From the NCBI GenBank assembly GCA_020073105.1, contig JAIQFW010000002.1, positions 6,353-70,352 of the forward strand: a stretch of 64,000 nt of DNA, given 5' to 3'. Of the stretch, positions 36,342 through 46,703 are shown piece by piece. Position 1 is the first letter of the stretch; each line of letters opens with the position of its first letter. This DNA comes from Terriglobia bacterium (GTDB lineage: Bacteria > Acidobacteriota > Terriglobia > Terriglobales > Acidobacteriaceae). Under the pieces are notes generated by a model. It was not told the origin of the DNA. It did not search any database and worked only from the letters and a program-made list of their open reading frames with translations. A program made the translations under genes and the position numbers.

Positions 36342-38459
36342 ATGGGATGGCGAACCACATTCTTGAGCAGTAAAGTGGCGCGGAGAATCTTTCTGCTCTT
36401 TGTGTGTTGTGCCCTCCTCCCGATCATCATCCTGGCTGCCGTTTCTTTCTATCAAGTCTCAGATCAATTGCAGATTCAGGGTCAAAAACAGCTGTCGCAG
36501 ATGGCCAAAGCCCAGGCCATGGACCTTTACAATCGCCTGCAGTTGGCCGAGGCCGAACTGCAGGTGTTGTCCCTGCAAATCGGCGATGGGCGCCATCCAG
36601 TTCTGGGCGCCTCGCGGACCCACTTCCTGGCGATGACGGTCTTCAACGACCGGGGTGAAGAGCTGACGGATTCGGGAACTCGGGCCACCTTTCTGGATCC
36701 CGCACTCCTTGCCCGCCTACGCACGCTCGACGAAAAGCCTCTGATCATCATCCATTCCTGTTCGGACCAGTTTGGGAATTGCGTCGCCATGGCCAGAAGA
36801 ATCAATCTTGGCCAGGCTGACAAGGGCATACTCGTAGGCGAAATGAATTCGGGCTACTTGTGGGAGGGGCAGAGACTTCCCTCGGCATTCGACACTTGCG
36901 TGGCCACCTCCTCCCGCGCGACTCTTTTTTGTTCTGACCCTGGAATGGTTGATTCGGCCAACACTCTCCCGAGGCAGATCTCGCAATCCTCTGGCTTTTT
37001 CCAGTGGAAGCGCGATCAGACGCTGTATGACACGGCTTATTGGGGCCTGCTTCTCCGGCCTGGTTTCTCCACCGAGTCTTGGACGATTACCGTCAGCCAG
37101 AAGCACGACGAGGTCCTGGCGCCAATGCGGCACTTCCGCAGCAGCTTTCCCTTGGTCATTTTGTTGGCCTTTTGGATCGTAACCTTGTCCAGTTCAGTTC
37201 AGATTCGCCGCACTCTGGTGCCGCTGGAAGAACTCCAGACGGCCACCCACCAGGTTGGCGACCAGCACTTTGACAAGCAAGTTGTGGTGAAGAGCGGCGA
37301 TGAATTTGAAGCGCTCGCGGGTTCGTTTAATGCCATGACGAACCGGCTGGGCAGGCAGTTCCACGCCCTCAAAACCATTAATGCCATCGACCAGGCCATT
37401 TTTGCCAGCCTGAATTACGAGGCCATTGCCGACGCCGTGCTCGACCACATGCCGTACTTGTTGCCTTGCGATTGCATTGCCGTCAGCATGTTTGGAGGCC
37501 CCTCTCATCCCGGCTGGACTCGCTTCAAGAGAGCACCTGCGGGAACAGCTCAATCGATCCTCAACCCGCAGCTTTCCGCTTCCGAACAACAGCAATTCCA
37601 GGTCAACCCGGAATATTTTGTCGTCGCGGCCAATCAGGTTCCCCAGTTCATTGGACCCCTGCGCGCCGCTGGCCTGACTTCCTTCCTGGTTCTGCCGATC
37701 TTCGTTGACAAAGCTCCGTTTGCGGCCCTCGTCTATGGGCATGAAGATCCACCCCAGATGCCGGCCGACGACCTGCAACAGGCACGCCAAGTAGCCGACC
37801 AAGTGGCGGTTGCCTTCTCCAACGCGCAACTGGTCGAAGCTCTGGAACGACTGCATTGGGGAACGCTGACCGCTTTGGCACGCGCCATCGACGCCAAATC
37901 AGCCTGGACGGCAGGTCACTCGGAACGAGTCACAGCTTTGGCGGTTAAGATAGGCAGCGCGATGGGGCTGTCCCCCAAGGACCTGCAAATCATGCACCGT
38001 GGAGGGTTGCTACACGACATCGGCAAGATCGGTACCCCGCCCACCATCCTGGACAAACCTGGCAAACTCGACCCGGAGGAAACGCGAGCCATGCAGGACC
38101 ATGTCCGAATCGGCGCCCGGATCCTCGAACCCATCCCAAGTTTCCGTGAGGCCCTCCCGATCGTCCTGCAGCATCACGAATGGTTTGATGGTTCGGGATA
38201 TCCGGAAGGCATAGCCGGAGAAAATATCAGCTTGTATGCCCGCATTTTTGCCGTAGCGGACTGCTACGACGCGATGACGTCGGACCGGCCCTACCGCAAA
38301 GGACTGCCCGAGGAAGAAGTGCGGGAAATCATCACGCGACAGTCTGGGACGCACTTTGACCCGAAAGTGGTTGAGGTGTTTACCCAACTCGTGGCCCAGG
38401 AGGAAGGTTCAGCGGGCGACGTATCCGCGCGAGCGGTAGGTGCGGGGCAATCGGTGTGA
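36342..38459 (+). CDS. membrane sensor HD-GYP phosphodiesterase (periplasmic domain - HAMP - GAF-like - HD-GYP)
   Basis: Two TMs flank a ~250-aa loop. HAMP-like GDEFEALAGSFNAMTNRL. LLHDIGKIG and HHEWFDGSGYPEG motifs. Confidence 0.88.
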   Translation: MGWRTTFLSSKVARRIFLLFVCCALLPIIILAAVSFYQVSDQLQIQGQKQLSQMAKAQAMDLYNRLQLAEAELQVLSLQIGDGRHPVLGASRTHFLAMTVFNDRGEELTDSGTRATFLDPALLARLRTLDEKPLIIIHSCSDQFGNCVAMARRINLGQADKGILVGEMNSGYLWEGQRLPSAFDTCVATSSRATLFCSDPGMVDSANTLPRQISQSSGFFQWKRDQTLYDTAYWGLLLRPGFSTESWTITVSQKHDEVLAPMRHFRSSFPLVILLAFWIVTLSSSVQIRRTLVPLEELQTATHQVGDQHFDKQVVVKSGDEFEALAGSFNAMTNRLGRQFHALKTINAIDQAIFASLNYEAIADAVLDHMPYLLPCDCIAVSMFGGPSHPGWTRFKRAPAGTAQSILNPQLSASEQQQFQVNPEYFVVAANQVPQFIGPLRAAGLTSFLVLPIFVDKAPFAALVYGHEDPPQMPADDLQQARQVADQVAVAFSNAQLVEALERLHWGTLTALARAIDAKSAWTAGHSERVTALAVKIGSAMGLSPKDLQIMHRGGLLHDIGKIGTPPTILDKPGKLDPEETRAMQDHVRIGARILEPIPSFREALPIVLQHHEWFDGSGYPEGIAGENISLYARIFAVADCYDAMTSDRPYRKGLPEEEVREIITRQSGTHFDPKVVEVFTQLVAQEEGSAGDVSARAVGAGQSV

Positions 38460-38488
38460 AGCGATACGCACATTACTCGGTGGCAGCT

Positions 38489-38870
38489 ATGAAGAAGTTG
38501 TTTCCAATTCTGCTATTGTTCACCTGCCTCGGTTGCAATCGAGACAACCCTCGGCTGCTGCCCCGCCAGTTGGTGGGATTCTGGACCACCGATGAAGCGC
38601 GCTACCAGGGTCGCTTTCTTGAGCTGTACACGGCATTTGTCATCATCGGGACAGGGACTGGCCAACCTCACGCAAGTGCAGATGGTCGACAACGTCAAAG
38701 TCCAGTCGCTCGGTGATGAAACCGCCTATACCATCAGCTCGACCGACCTCGATGGCGTCCACTCTGAAATGGCGCTGCGGTACAACCCGGCGAGGGGAGG
38801 GGAGATTCGCTTCACGAATTCGAGTGTCACTTGGAGGCGACACAGCCCGGAAACTGCCGAAAAACACTAG
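38489..38870 (+). pseudogene. small lipoprotein gene apparently split by a frameshift near 38650
   Basis: MKKLFPILLLFTCLGCN lipobox ORF runs to ..FVIIGTGTG. Its natural continuation LANLTQVQMVDNVKVQSLGDETAYTISS.. is in another frame (ORF 38592-38870). Confidence 0.45.
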
Positions 38871-38885
38871 CTCGCTGAATCACGA

Positions 38886-39833
38886 TCAGACTCCAACCGC
38901 AATATGTTCTGATGTCTTTTGCAGCGAAGCCTCATCTCCGACGTTGAGTGCCGCCTTCGACCGGTCAATCTGGCGCATCAAGCCGCACAGCACTTTTCCT
39001 GGACCGACTTCTACAAACGTCTGAACGCCTTGCGCGATCAACAGACGAATTGACTGGTCCCACTTCACCGATCCCGTTACCTGCCGGACCAGCGCCTCGC
39101 GGCTGTGGTCTGCTTCTTCCAGCAGTGCCGCATCGACGTTACAAGCCACGGGAACTCCCGGCTTCTGGAAGGCCAACGTGGCAAGGTCCGTCGCCAGTCG
39201 GTCTTGCGCGGGCTTCATCAGCGAACAATGGAAGGGCGCGCTGACCGGCAGCAGAATGGCCCGTTTGGCGCCGCGTTCGCTGGCCAGCGTGGTCGCGCGC
39301 TCGACCGCGGACTTGGTTCCAGAAATGACAATCTGCTCGGGCGAGTTAATGTTGGCGGGTTCGCAGACCTCGCCTTGGGCCGCGTCGGTACAAACCCCTG
39401 CAACTCTCTCCAGGTCCATGCCCAGAACGGCCGCCATCGCGCCCACCCCCACCGGAACCGCTTCCTGCATGTACTTGCCGCGATTACGCACCGCGCGCAC
39501 CGCATCCGCGAAACTGAGGGTTCCGGCGGCCACGTGTGCCGAGTATTCCCCCAGGCTGTGTCCAGCTACAAATGCCGGCTTGAACCCCCGCTCCTGCAGC
39601 ACTCGCCAGGCCGCGACCGAGGTGGTTAGGATTGCGGGCTGCGTGATCTCGGTCAGCCGAAGCTTGTCCTCTGGGCCCTCGAAGCAAGCTTCTGACAGCT
39701 TGTAGCCGAGGGCCTCGTCGGCCTCGTCAAACGTCTGCCGGGCAGTCGAATGCTTCTCCGTCAGATCCTTGCCCATGCCAACCGCTTGGGAGCCCTGGCC
39801 GGGAAAGAGAAAAGCAATGTTCGATGTGGTCAT
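38886..39833 (-). CDS. fabD: malonyl CoA-ACP transacylase
   Basis: FLFPGQGSQ, GHSLGEYSA (active Ser), and PVSAPFHC. Confidence 0.93.
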   Translation of the reverse strand: MTTSNIAFLFPGQGSQAVGMGKDLTEKHSTARQTFDEADEALGYKLSEACFEGPEDKLRLTEITQPAILTTSVAAWRVLQERGFKPAFVAGHSLGEYSAHVAAGTLSFADAVRAVRNRGKYMQEAVPVGVGAMAAVLGMDLERVAGVCTDAAQGEVCEPANINSPEQIVISGTKSAVERATTLASERGAKRAILLPVSAPFHCSLMKPAQDRLATDLATLAFQKPGVPVACNVDAALLEEADHSREALVRQVTGSVKWDQSIRLLIAQGVQTFVEVGPGKVLCGLMRQIDRSKAALNVGDEASLQKTSEHIAVGV

Positions 39834-39880
39834 AGTTCTTCAAGAACAGCGCTGTTTGAGCCACGCATGATCAGTCTACT

Positions 39881-39946
39881 TTGTCATTCCGAGCTGTTCC
39901 GTAGCCGCATGCATGCGGCGAGGACGTGTCGAGGAATCTGCTTTTT
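39881..39946 (+). repeat. TCATYCCGAGC...TCGAGGRATCTGC palindromic element
   Basis: TTGTCATTCCGAGCTGTTCCGTAGCCGCATGCATGCGGCGAGGACGTGTCGAGGAATCTGCTTTTT in the plsX/fabD spacer. Confidence 0.85.
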
Positions 39947-39950
39947 GATT

Positions 39951-40976
39951 CTACGTGCTCAAAACCGCCGCCGGCCGGATTGCTGCCAGCTCTCTCTCGA
40001 TCTTCTCGGTAATCCGGTGCTGGGCAAATTCCGCGGCCACGCGAATCGCATTCTTGATGGCGTTCGCATTCGACGATCCGTGCGTGATGAAGCACACGCC
40101 TTTCACGCCCAGCAGCGGCGCCCCGCCGTACTCGGTGTGGTCGAGGCGCTTTTTGAAATCGGCGAATGCGCTGCGCGACAGCAGATATCCCACCTGCCGC
40201 GTGATCGTCGCTTTCAGCGACTCTTTCAGCGTGGCCCGGACCAGGCTGGCCACCCCTTCAGAGATTTTCAGAGCCACATTGCCCACGAACCCGTCGGCTA
40301 CAACGACGTCCACATCGCCGCTGTACAGATCACGCCCTTCCACGTTGCCCACAAAATTCAGCGGGAGCTGCTTCAAAAGTTGGAACGCTTCCCGCGTCAG
40401 ATCGTTGCCCTTGGTCTCTTCTTCGCCGATGGAAAGTAGACCTACCCGCGGACGCTTGGTTCCAAACATCGTCCGGAAATAAATCTCGCCCATCACGGCA
40501 AACTGCTCGAGGTTGTCGGGCTTGGAGTCGACGTTGGCCCCGACATCCAGCATGGTGGCGGCGGTACCCAGCACCGTGGGAAACACCGCTGCCAACGCCG
40601 GGCGGTCTACTCCGGGAATCGCTCCCAATACCATTTTGGCGGTCGCCATGGCAGCGCCGGTGTTGCCCGCAGTCACAAAGCCGACGGCACTCTGTTCCCG
40701 CACCAGCCGCAATCCCACGCGCATGGAGGAGTCCCGCTTGGCGCGCACGGCCTGCACCGCCTTGTCCTCCATGCTGATGACTTCGCTGGCGTGGACGATT
40801 TCGATTGGCAAACCTGCCGCGGCGGGATAGCGCGCCAGTTCCGCCCGCAGCACCGGTTCCGGACCCACCAGCAGCACACGGACATCGTAGTGCCGCGTTG
40901 CCTGGATTGCGCCTTCGATCGCAGGCTTGGGCCTGCGGTCCGAACCCATCGCGTCCAGGGCGATGACGCTTGGCAT
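39951..40976 (-). CDS. plsX: phosphate acyltransferase
   Basis: [24 protein letters not shown] and GFVGNV motifs. Confidence 0.93.
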   Translation of the reverse strand: MPSVIALDAMGSDRRPKPAIEGAIQATRHYDVRVLLVGPEPVLRAELARYPAAAGLPIEIVHASEVISMEDKAVQAVRAKRDSSMRVGLRLVREQSAVGFVTAGNTGAAMATAKMVLGAIPGVDRPALAAVFPTVLGTAATMLDVGANVDSKPDNLEQFAVMGEIYFRTMFGTKRPRVGLLSIGEEETKGNDLTREAFQLLKQLPLNFVGNVEGRDLYSGDVDVVVADGFVGNVALKISEGVASLVRATLKESLKATITRQVGYLLSRSAFADFKKRLDHTEYGGAPLLGVKGVCFITHGSSNANAIKNAIRVAAEFAQHRITEKIERELAAIRPAAVLST

Positions 40977-40988
40977 GGTGGGATGGTG

Positions 40989-41174
40989 CTAGCTGGCTTC
41001 CTCGACGTTGAGAACTTCGCGGCCTTTGTAATAGCCACATTTCGGGCACGCCCGATGCGGCATCTTGCGTTCGTGACAGTTCGGGCATTCGGAAAGCGAA
41101 TGGTGCTTCAGCGAATCATGGGCTCGCCGGCTTCCGGTGCGTGCCTTGGAGTGCCGCCGTTTTGGATTGGGCAT
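40989..41174 (-). CDS. rpmF: 50S ribosomal protein L32
   Basis: MPNPKRRHSKARTGSRRAH with CPNC...CPKCG zinc knuckle; 61 aa. Confidence 0.93.
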   Translation of the reverse strand: MPNPKRRHSKARTGSRRAHDSLKHHSLSECPNCHERKMPHRACPKCGYYKGREVLNVEEAS

Positions 41175-41228
41175 CTTGTTCCTCTTTCGGCGCGATCTTG
41201 CCAGACCGCCGCCAGAATTTTCAATCTC

Positions 41229-41290
41229 TTCTCATTCCGTGCTGTTCGTAGCCGCGCTTGCGCGACCAGAACACGCGAGGAATTTGCACT
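41229..41290 (+). repeat. TCATYCCGWGC...GAGGAATYTGC element
   Basis: TTCTCATTCCGTGCTGTTCGTAGCCGCGCTTGCGCGACCAGAACACGCGAGGAATTTGC in the yceD/rpmF spacer. Confidence 0.8.
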
Positions 41291-41299
41291 TCAAAAAGC

Positions 41300-41851
41300 T
41301 CAGTGTTCCAGCTTGCTCCGCAGGTCCTTCAGCGCCGACCATCGCGGATCCTCCAGCGACTCGGCACAAGAGCATTGCTCAACGTTGAGGTTCTTGCCGC
41401 ACTGCGGGCATAAACCCTTGCAATTCTGGCGGCAGATGACTTTCAAGGGAAGAGCCAGCAACACCTGCTCGCGGATGGCATCCTCCAGCAGGAGCCCCTC
41501 CCCTTGATAATAACTGATCTCAGCCTCGGCGCCGGTCACCGAAAGCTCTTCCCGGCCAGCGTCCACCCCGAGCGGACGGTACAGCAGATCGAACGACCGC
41601 TCCACATTCTGAACCACTGGCTCCAGACATCGGGCACAGGCCATTTCTAGCCTCGTCGCCAGCTGGCCGTTGAGCCGTATGTCCTTGATTGTACGATGCT
41701 TGCCGTGATGTTCCTCGACCAGCTGGGCCCGCCCGCTGGCCTGCAAATCAGAGGTCTGGCGATAGTCTGGCCCTAGGTCAATGGCTCCCAGACCGAACGC
41801 TTCGCTGAAATCAACCGGATGGAGCTCCAACTCGCGGATTTCAATGAACAT
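41300..41851 (-). CDS. yceD: YceD/DUF177-family protein
   Basis: Sits upstream of rpmF as usual. C-terminal CRQNCKGLCPQCGKNLN motif. Start moved to MFIEIREL. Confidence 0.85.
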   Translation of the reverse strand: MFIEIRELELHPVDFSEAFGLGAIDLGPDYRQTSDLQASGRAQLVEEHHGKHRTIKDIRLNGQLATRLEMACARCLEPVVQNVERSFDLLYRPLGVDAGREELSVTGAEAEISYYQGEGLLLEDAIREQVLLALPLKVICRQNCKGLCPQCGKNLNVEQCSCAESLEDPRWSALKDLRSKLEH

Positions 41852-42089
41852 CGCAACCTCCCGCGCCCCCACTCGATACCGCCAACCCCGCGGAAGACGC
41901 TCAGAGGCGTAACTCTTTCGGGAGCAATAGTTAACAGAATAAAGGCCATCCGAGCAGAGTGTCAAGAAAACCCGGCCAGATCGCCGCTGTACTATTCTGG
42001 AGATACCGGGAAACTTGCATGGCTACCATTGAAGAACGCCCCAGTGGGGAAGAACTGAAGAGACGCCGGGAGATCCTCCGACACCGACC

Positions 42090-44213
42090 TCAGCTCAGAA
42101 TCGGCAACTTCCGGATCCTCTTCTTCGTCGCGGCGTAGATCGCATTGCACAACGCCGACGCCAGCGGCGGCACGGGCGGCTCGCCCACGCCGGATGGTGA
42201 TTCGGTGCTGGGTACAAAATACCCCTCGACGACCGGAACTTCATTCATGCGAATCGGTTGGTAGTCGTCAAAGTTGCCTTGGACGACGCGCCCCTTTTCG
42301 ATCGTGATCTGTGCCCGGAGGGCGTTCCCCAGGGCGAAGGTCACAGCGCCCTGAATCTGTTGCTCCAAAATGTTTGGGTTCACCACCTGCCCGCAATCGA
42401 TGGCCGCGACCACCCGATGCACACGGGGCACGCCCCCTTCCATCGAGATCTCGACCACCTCGGCCGCATAGGTGCGGAAACATCCGAAGCAGGCGATCCC
42501 ACGATAGTGCCCGGCGGGCAGGGGCTTGCCCCAGCCGGCCTTTTCCGCTGCCAGTTGCAACGCGCCGCGCATGCGCGCCGTGCGCCAGGTGGTGTCGAAG
42601 AACACGATGTCTTCATCGTTGGCCAGCAGATGCAGGCGGTACTCCAGCGGATCTTTCCCAGCAGCCGCTGCCAGTTCGTCGAGGAACGACTCCGAGGCAA
42701 ACGCCGTCTCCAGTCCATACACAGAGCGCATGTAGCCCGGCGGCACCGGCGTGACCGTCATTACGTACTCACGCAACGCGTTTGGGATGGAATAGATCAG
42801 CGACGCCTCATCCGGCAGATCGGCGTCCACCCCCGGCGACGGGCCCGGGAAACCCTTCTGATCGTTGATCGCGGGCTCCACGATGCGATGCGAGAAGGCC
42901 ACCGGCCAGCCGCTTCCGTCGAGCACCGCACTCAGCCGGTGAAGGCTCGCTGGACGGTAAGTGGAGAAGCGCATGTCGTCTTCCCGCGTCCAGATCACTT
43001 TCACTGGAACGCCAGCCGCTTTCGAAACCAGCGCTGCCTCCACCGCGTAGTCGTGGTCGAGGCGCCGACCAAACCCGCCGCCCATCAGCGTGACATGGAT
43101 ATTGATCTGATCAGGATCGAGCCCCACCGCCTTGGCGACGGCGTCGCGGACGTCCGGGGGCCATTGCATCGGGCCCCATATCTCGCAGCTGGAGCCGCGA
43201 AAATGCGCGGTGCAATTCTGCGGTTCCATCGGGGCCTGCGCCATCAGCGGAGTCTGGTACTCGGCCTGAATTCGCCTGCCAGAAACCCTGGCAACGTCTC
43301 CCCGCACATAAAGCGTTGCCGCTTTGTCATCGGCGGCCTTCCGCAGCGTGTCGAACACTGCTGCCGAATTCAGGTCCTGGTTCGGTCCCTCGTCCCAGTT
43401 CACGTTGAGCACGCGGCGGCCTTCCATGGCGCCCCAGACGCTGTCCGCAACCACTGCCACGGCGGAGTCGCTGATCGTGCCCACATAGCTGACTCCGGAA
43501 ATCGTTTTCGCCGGCTTTTCATCGAAGCTCGCCACCTTGCCGCCAATCACCGGGCAACGCGCCAGCAGCGCGTACTTCATGCCATCGACCCGGAAATCAA
43601 TGCCGAAGATCGCGCTTCCATCCACCTTCGAGACCACGTCCAACCTCGGCAACGGCTTGCCGACGATCTTGAAGTCCTTGCTGTCCTTCAACGCCGGAGC
43701 CGTCGGAATGGGGAGTCTTGCCGCCTTGGCCGCCAGTTCCCCGTAACTCAGGCGCCGGTTGGAAGCCGCGTGAACTACCGAGCTGTTTTCAGCCGTGCAT
43801 CCGGAGCGTGGTACGCCCCATTCAAGCGCCGCCGCGCTGACCAACATTTCGCGCGCGGTCGCCCCGGCCTTGCGCAGCGGATCCCACGAGATGCGCGTGC
43901 TGGCGCTCGATCCCGTTTGCTGGTCTCCATACAGGGTGGGGTTAGCTCCCGCCTGCTCCACCACGACTTGCTTCCAGTCGGCTTCTAGTTCTTCCGCCAG
44001 AATCATGGGAAGGGAAGTGCGCACGCCTTGACCCATCTCCGAGCGCGCCACGACCACGGTGATTGTGCCGTCAGGCGTGATCTTCAAGAAGGCATTGGGA
44101 GAAAACGTGCCGGATGCTCCGTTGGATCGGTGGGGCAGATAGAAGCCAATCACCAACCCGGCTCCGGCAGCCACCCCAACTGTCAGAAATTCACGGCGAG
44201 AGAGCGAGCTCAT
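42090..44213 (-). CDS. molybdopterin-binding subunit of xanthine dehydrogenase-family oxidoreductase (IorB-like), Tat signal
   Basis: [17 protein letters not shown] Tat motif, large Mo-binding body and GVGEPPVPP near the C-terminus. ATGA overlap with the upstream 2Fe-2S subunit gene. Confidence 0.88.
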   Translation of the reverse strand: MSSLSRREFLTVGVAAGAGLVIGFYLPHRSNGASGTFSPNAFLKITPDGTITVVVARSEMGQGVRTSLPMILAEELEADWKQVVVEQAGANPTLYGDQQTGSSASTRISWDPLRKAGATAREMLVSAAALEWGVPRSGCTAENSSVVHAASNRRLSYGELAAKAARLPIPTAPALKDSKDFKIVGKPLPRLDVVSKVDGSAIFGIDFRVDGMKYALLARCPVIGGKVASFDEKPAKTISGVSYVGTISDSAVAVVADSVWGAMEGRRVLNVNWDEGPNQDLNSAAVFDTLRKAADDKAATLYVRGDVARVSGRRIQAEYQTPLMAQAPMEPQNCTAHFRGSSCEIWGPMQWPPDVRDAVAKAVGLDPDQINIHVTLMGGGFGRRLDHDYAVEAALVSKAAGVPVKVIWTREDDMRFSTYRPASLHRLSAVLDGSGWPVAFSHRIVEPAINDQKGFPGPSPGVDADLPDEASLIYSIPNALREYVMTVTPVPPGYMRSVYGLETAFASESFLDELAAAAGKDPLEYRLHLLANDEDIVFFDTTWRTARMRGALQLAAEKAGWGKPLPAGHYRGIACFGCFRTYAAEVVEISMEGGVPRVHRVVAAIDCGQVVNPNILEQQIQGAVTFALGNALRAQITIEKGRVVQGNFDDYQPIRMNEVPVVEGYFVPSTESPSGVGEPPVPPLASALCNAIYAATKKRIRKLPILS

Positions 44214-44677
44214 CGCCCACCTCCCTGGCTGGCGGCGCGGTGAATGGCTTTGCGAACGCGGTGATAGGTTCCGCAGCGGCACAGATTACCCGACATTGCC
44301 TGGTTAATTTGTTCATCACTCGGCTGCGGCGTTTTGGACAGGAGCGCCACCGCCGTCATGATCAGACCCGTCTGGCAGTAGCCGCACTGCGGGACCTGTT
44401 CGGTGATCCAAGCCTGTTGCACAACATGAAGGCCATTGGCGGACAATCCCTCAATCGTTGTGATGTTCTTCCCAGCCACCTGCGAAACCGGTGTGGAACA
44501 GGAGCGCACCGGGTTTCCATCCACGTGCACGGTGCAGGCGCCACAGAGGCCCGCGCCACAGCCAAACTTGGTTCCAGTCAGTTGCAGGGTATCGCGCAGG
44601 ACCCAGAGCAGCGGCGTCTCCAGAGAGACGCTCACTTTGCGGTCACTGCCGTTGATGCGCAGAGTGATGTCGGCCAT
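44210..44677 (-). CDS. (2Fe-2S)-binding small subunit (IorA-like)
   Basis: [12 protein letters not shown] and CGYCQ...CRCGTY cluster motifs. Confidence 0.9.
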   Translation of the reverse strand: MADITLRINGSDRKVSVSLETPLLWVLRDTLQLTGTKFGCGAGLCGACTVHVDGNPVRSCSTPVSQVAGKNITTIEGLSANGLHVVQQAWITEQVPQCGYCQTGLIMTAVALLSKTPQPSDEQINQAMSGNLCRCGTYHRVRKAIHRAASQGGGR

Positions 44678-44788
44678 GGTTTGTTGTACCTTGGGATACG
44701 GCAGACATCGTACTCAACCCGCGCGGAAAAGTGAAATGAGAACTACGTACGCAGAGGATGGTTGTGGCCGCGTTCTGTCCTTGGAGAA

Positions 44789-44809
44789 GGGCACGACTTC
44801 AGTCGTGCC
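44789..44809. repeat. short GC hairpin GGGCACGAC-TTCA-GTCGTGCC
   Basis: Perfect 8-bp stem with a 4-nt loop in the spacer upstream of the 2Fe-2S subunit gene. Same architecture as the other hairpin elements. Confidence 0.6.
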
Positions 44810-44874
44810 GTCATCGTCACCCAGTTTCTGATGTCGCGCCCACGGGGTGCAGTCTTCGTGGACCGATCCGGCTT

Positions 44875-46536
44875 CTAATTCCTGCCCGCGGTCCGCACAA
44901 CGATGCGTTTGAGGATTTCCTCTCTTACCCGCTCCCCAATCTGTTCCTGAAAACCGGCAAATCCCGGCGACTCATAAAGCCGCAGCCCGAGTTCGTCCTG
45001 GCGGAGATTGTCCGCACGGGTCTCGCTGCCGCGGTCCCGGACCGCGTGCAGCAACTTGGCGGCGGTGGCCTGGTCGAAGCTCTCCGACACCACCACAGTG
45101 TTGTCCGACCACTGCTCGATGAGCACCGGCCCCTCTTCGGTCGAGAACTGCCCGGCCGCAACCGGACACTGGCTTCCGGCGCATGCAGCCAGTGGTTGCG
45201 CGACCGCATTCTGATAGCGCTGCGTGACCGCGCCCACATAGGTCTTGGCGAAACGCTGTGCCGCCTGGGATGATCTCCACTTCGAGACATACAGCAAGGC
45301 CAAATCCGCAGTCGAAGCGGCCTTGTCCGTTGCACTATTCTCTACCCTGCGAAAGGCTATGTACCGTCCACCCATCCATGCCGCCGCGACGTCGTCGGCG
45401 GTTTTCCGCTCTCCGTATTGTTTGAGCAGCGCCCGGACATCAAGTTCCCCGATTCCGCCGGAGTCATAGACCGAATACTGCCCTCCGACCAAAGGTTGCA
45501 AGTCGGGAAGGTGGACCGCTGCGATTTTTTCGTGCTCCAGGTACGCCTTAGGCTGCAGGACCTCGTGGGTGCTGCGCGGGGGATGTGCGAAAGCCCCGGT
45601 GAAGGCCATCTGTTTCCCGCCCTTCTGCAGCAGTTCACCCTCAAAGATCAAGCCAGCGCCGTAAGGAAAGGTCCCCAATTCCCGCATGATCATGGGCGCA
45701 GTGTGCAGCAATTCGGAGTCTGCCACCGCTTTCACCATGGGATCTTCCATCTGATAGATCAGGGCCGGAGTGTTCTGCACACTGCGTCCGTAGGGAGCCA
45801 GCACGTAGTCAACGTAGACCACCTGCGCCTGGCCTTCGGTTACAGCCCGCCGTGCCGTCGAGCTTTCATCGTCGATGTCGCTGTCCTCACTGGGCTTACT
45901 GCCTGCACTCGGTTCCGTTGGAGTCAACTTCAACCAGGCTTTCAGGTCGTAATTCTGGTCCTGCAAGGCGTGCGTCAGTTCATGCGCCAGAATGGGTTCC
46001 TGACGGTCCCGGGGAATCCAGTTCAGCATGGAGATGGTCTTGCTGTCGAAGTCGTAGTAGGCGGCGATCTGCTTGCCGTTGGCTTTTACCAGGAATTCCT
46101 GCAAGTTGAAGTTCCGCGGCAGCAGGCCGAATTTCTTCATGGTCATCTCGGAACTGGCGAATCGCTTCGCGTAATCCTGCTTGACTTCCTGTTCACGGGT
46201 ATATTTCTCTACTTCATCAGCCCCGACCAGGCGTCGTTTGACGCTGGCTCGTCTGGGGAAGCCGGTATCATCGGATGCGAATTCCAGAATCTTGTCCACC
46301 GACTTGAAGAGGTCCTTCGCGTCCGCGTCTGACATCTGTACTTCCTTGGTGTGGTCTTTCCTAGCTTTTCGAGCCATGTCCGCGACGCTCACAGTTTGTT
46401 CCGCCTGCGAGCCGCTGCCGTCGTCGGACGTTGGTGGCGTGGCGCCTGCCAGTTGGCTCTGGGCCGGGAGACAGAGAAGGCAAACCATCGATAGAAACAT
46501 GGGGGCGGAGAGTCGCCGGCCGAGAATCGCAGTCAT
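44875..46536 (-). CDS. secreted hypothetical protein with HExxH zinc-protease-like motif
   Basis: Signal peptide. ILAHELTHALQDQ is the only recognisable motif. Confidence 0.6.
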   Translation of the reverse strand: MTAILGRRLSAPMFLSMVCLLCLPAQSQLAGATPPTSDDGSGSQAEQTVSVADMARKARKDHTKEVQMSDADAKDLFKSVDKILEFASDDTGFPRRASVKRRLVGADEVEKYTREQEVKQDYAKRFASSEMTMKKFGLLPRNFNLQEFLVKANGKQIAAYYDFDSKTISMLNWIPRDRQEPILAHELTHALQDQNYDLKAWLKLTPTEPSAGSKPSEDSDIDDESSTARRAVTEGQAQVVYVDYVLAPYGRSVQNTPALIYQMEDPMVKAVADSELLHTAPMIMRELGTFPYGAGLIFEGELLQKGGKQMAFTGAFAHPPRSTHEVLQPKAYLEHEKIAAVHLPDLQPLVGGQYSVYDSGGIGELDVRALLKQYGERKTADDVAAAWMGGRYIAFRRVENSATDKAASTADLALLYVSKWRSSQAAQRFAKTYVGAVTQRYQNAVAQPLAACAGSQCPVAAGQFSTEEGPVLIEQWSDNTVVVSESFDQATAAKLLHAVRDRGSETRADNLRQDELGLRLYESPGFAGFQEQIGERVREEILKRIVVRTAGRN

Positions 46537-46703
46537 CGAGTCCTCGTGAGAAATCGGAATTGCTTACAGAATTCTCGTTGAGCCGCGGGGAATGCTGGCA
46601 GGAAAAGGCGGAAAATGGCTTACCAAGGTAATCGTCGGCGCTGTACGCACGTCTGTTGGCGTATCAGAATTGATTGTCATCTTCCGCTGCTACACTGTCC
46701 CCT

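Noticed and set aside
42258-43988. 576-aa ORF on the plus strand
   Set aside because: Antisense to the well-supported molybdopterin subunit gene, with Arg/His-rich nonsense-like composition.
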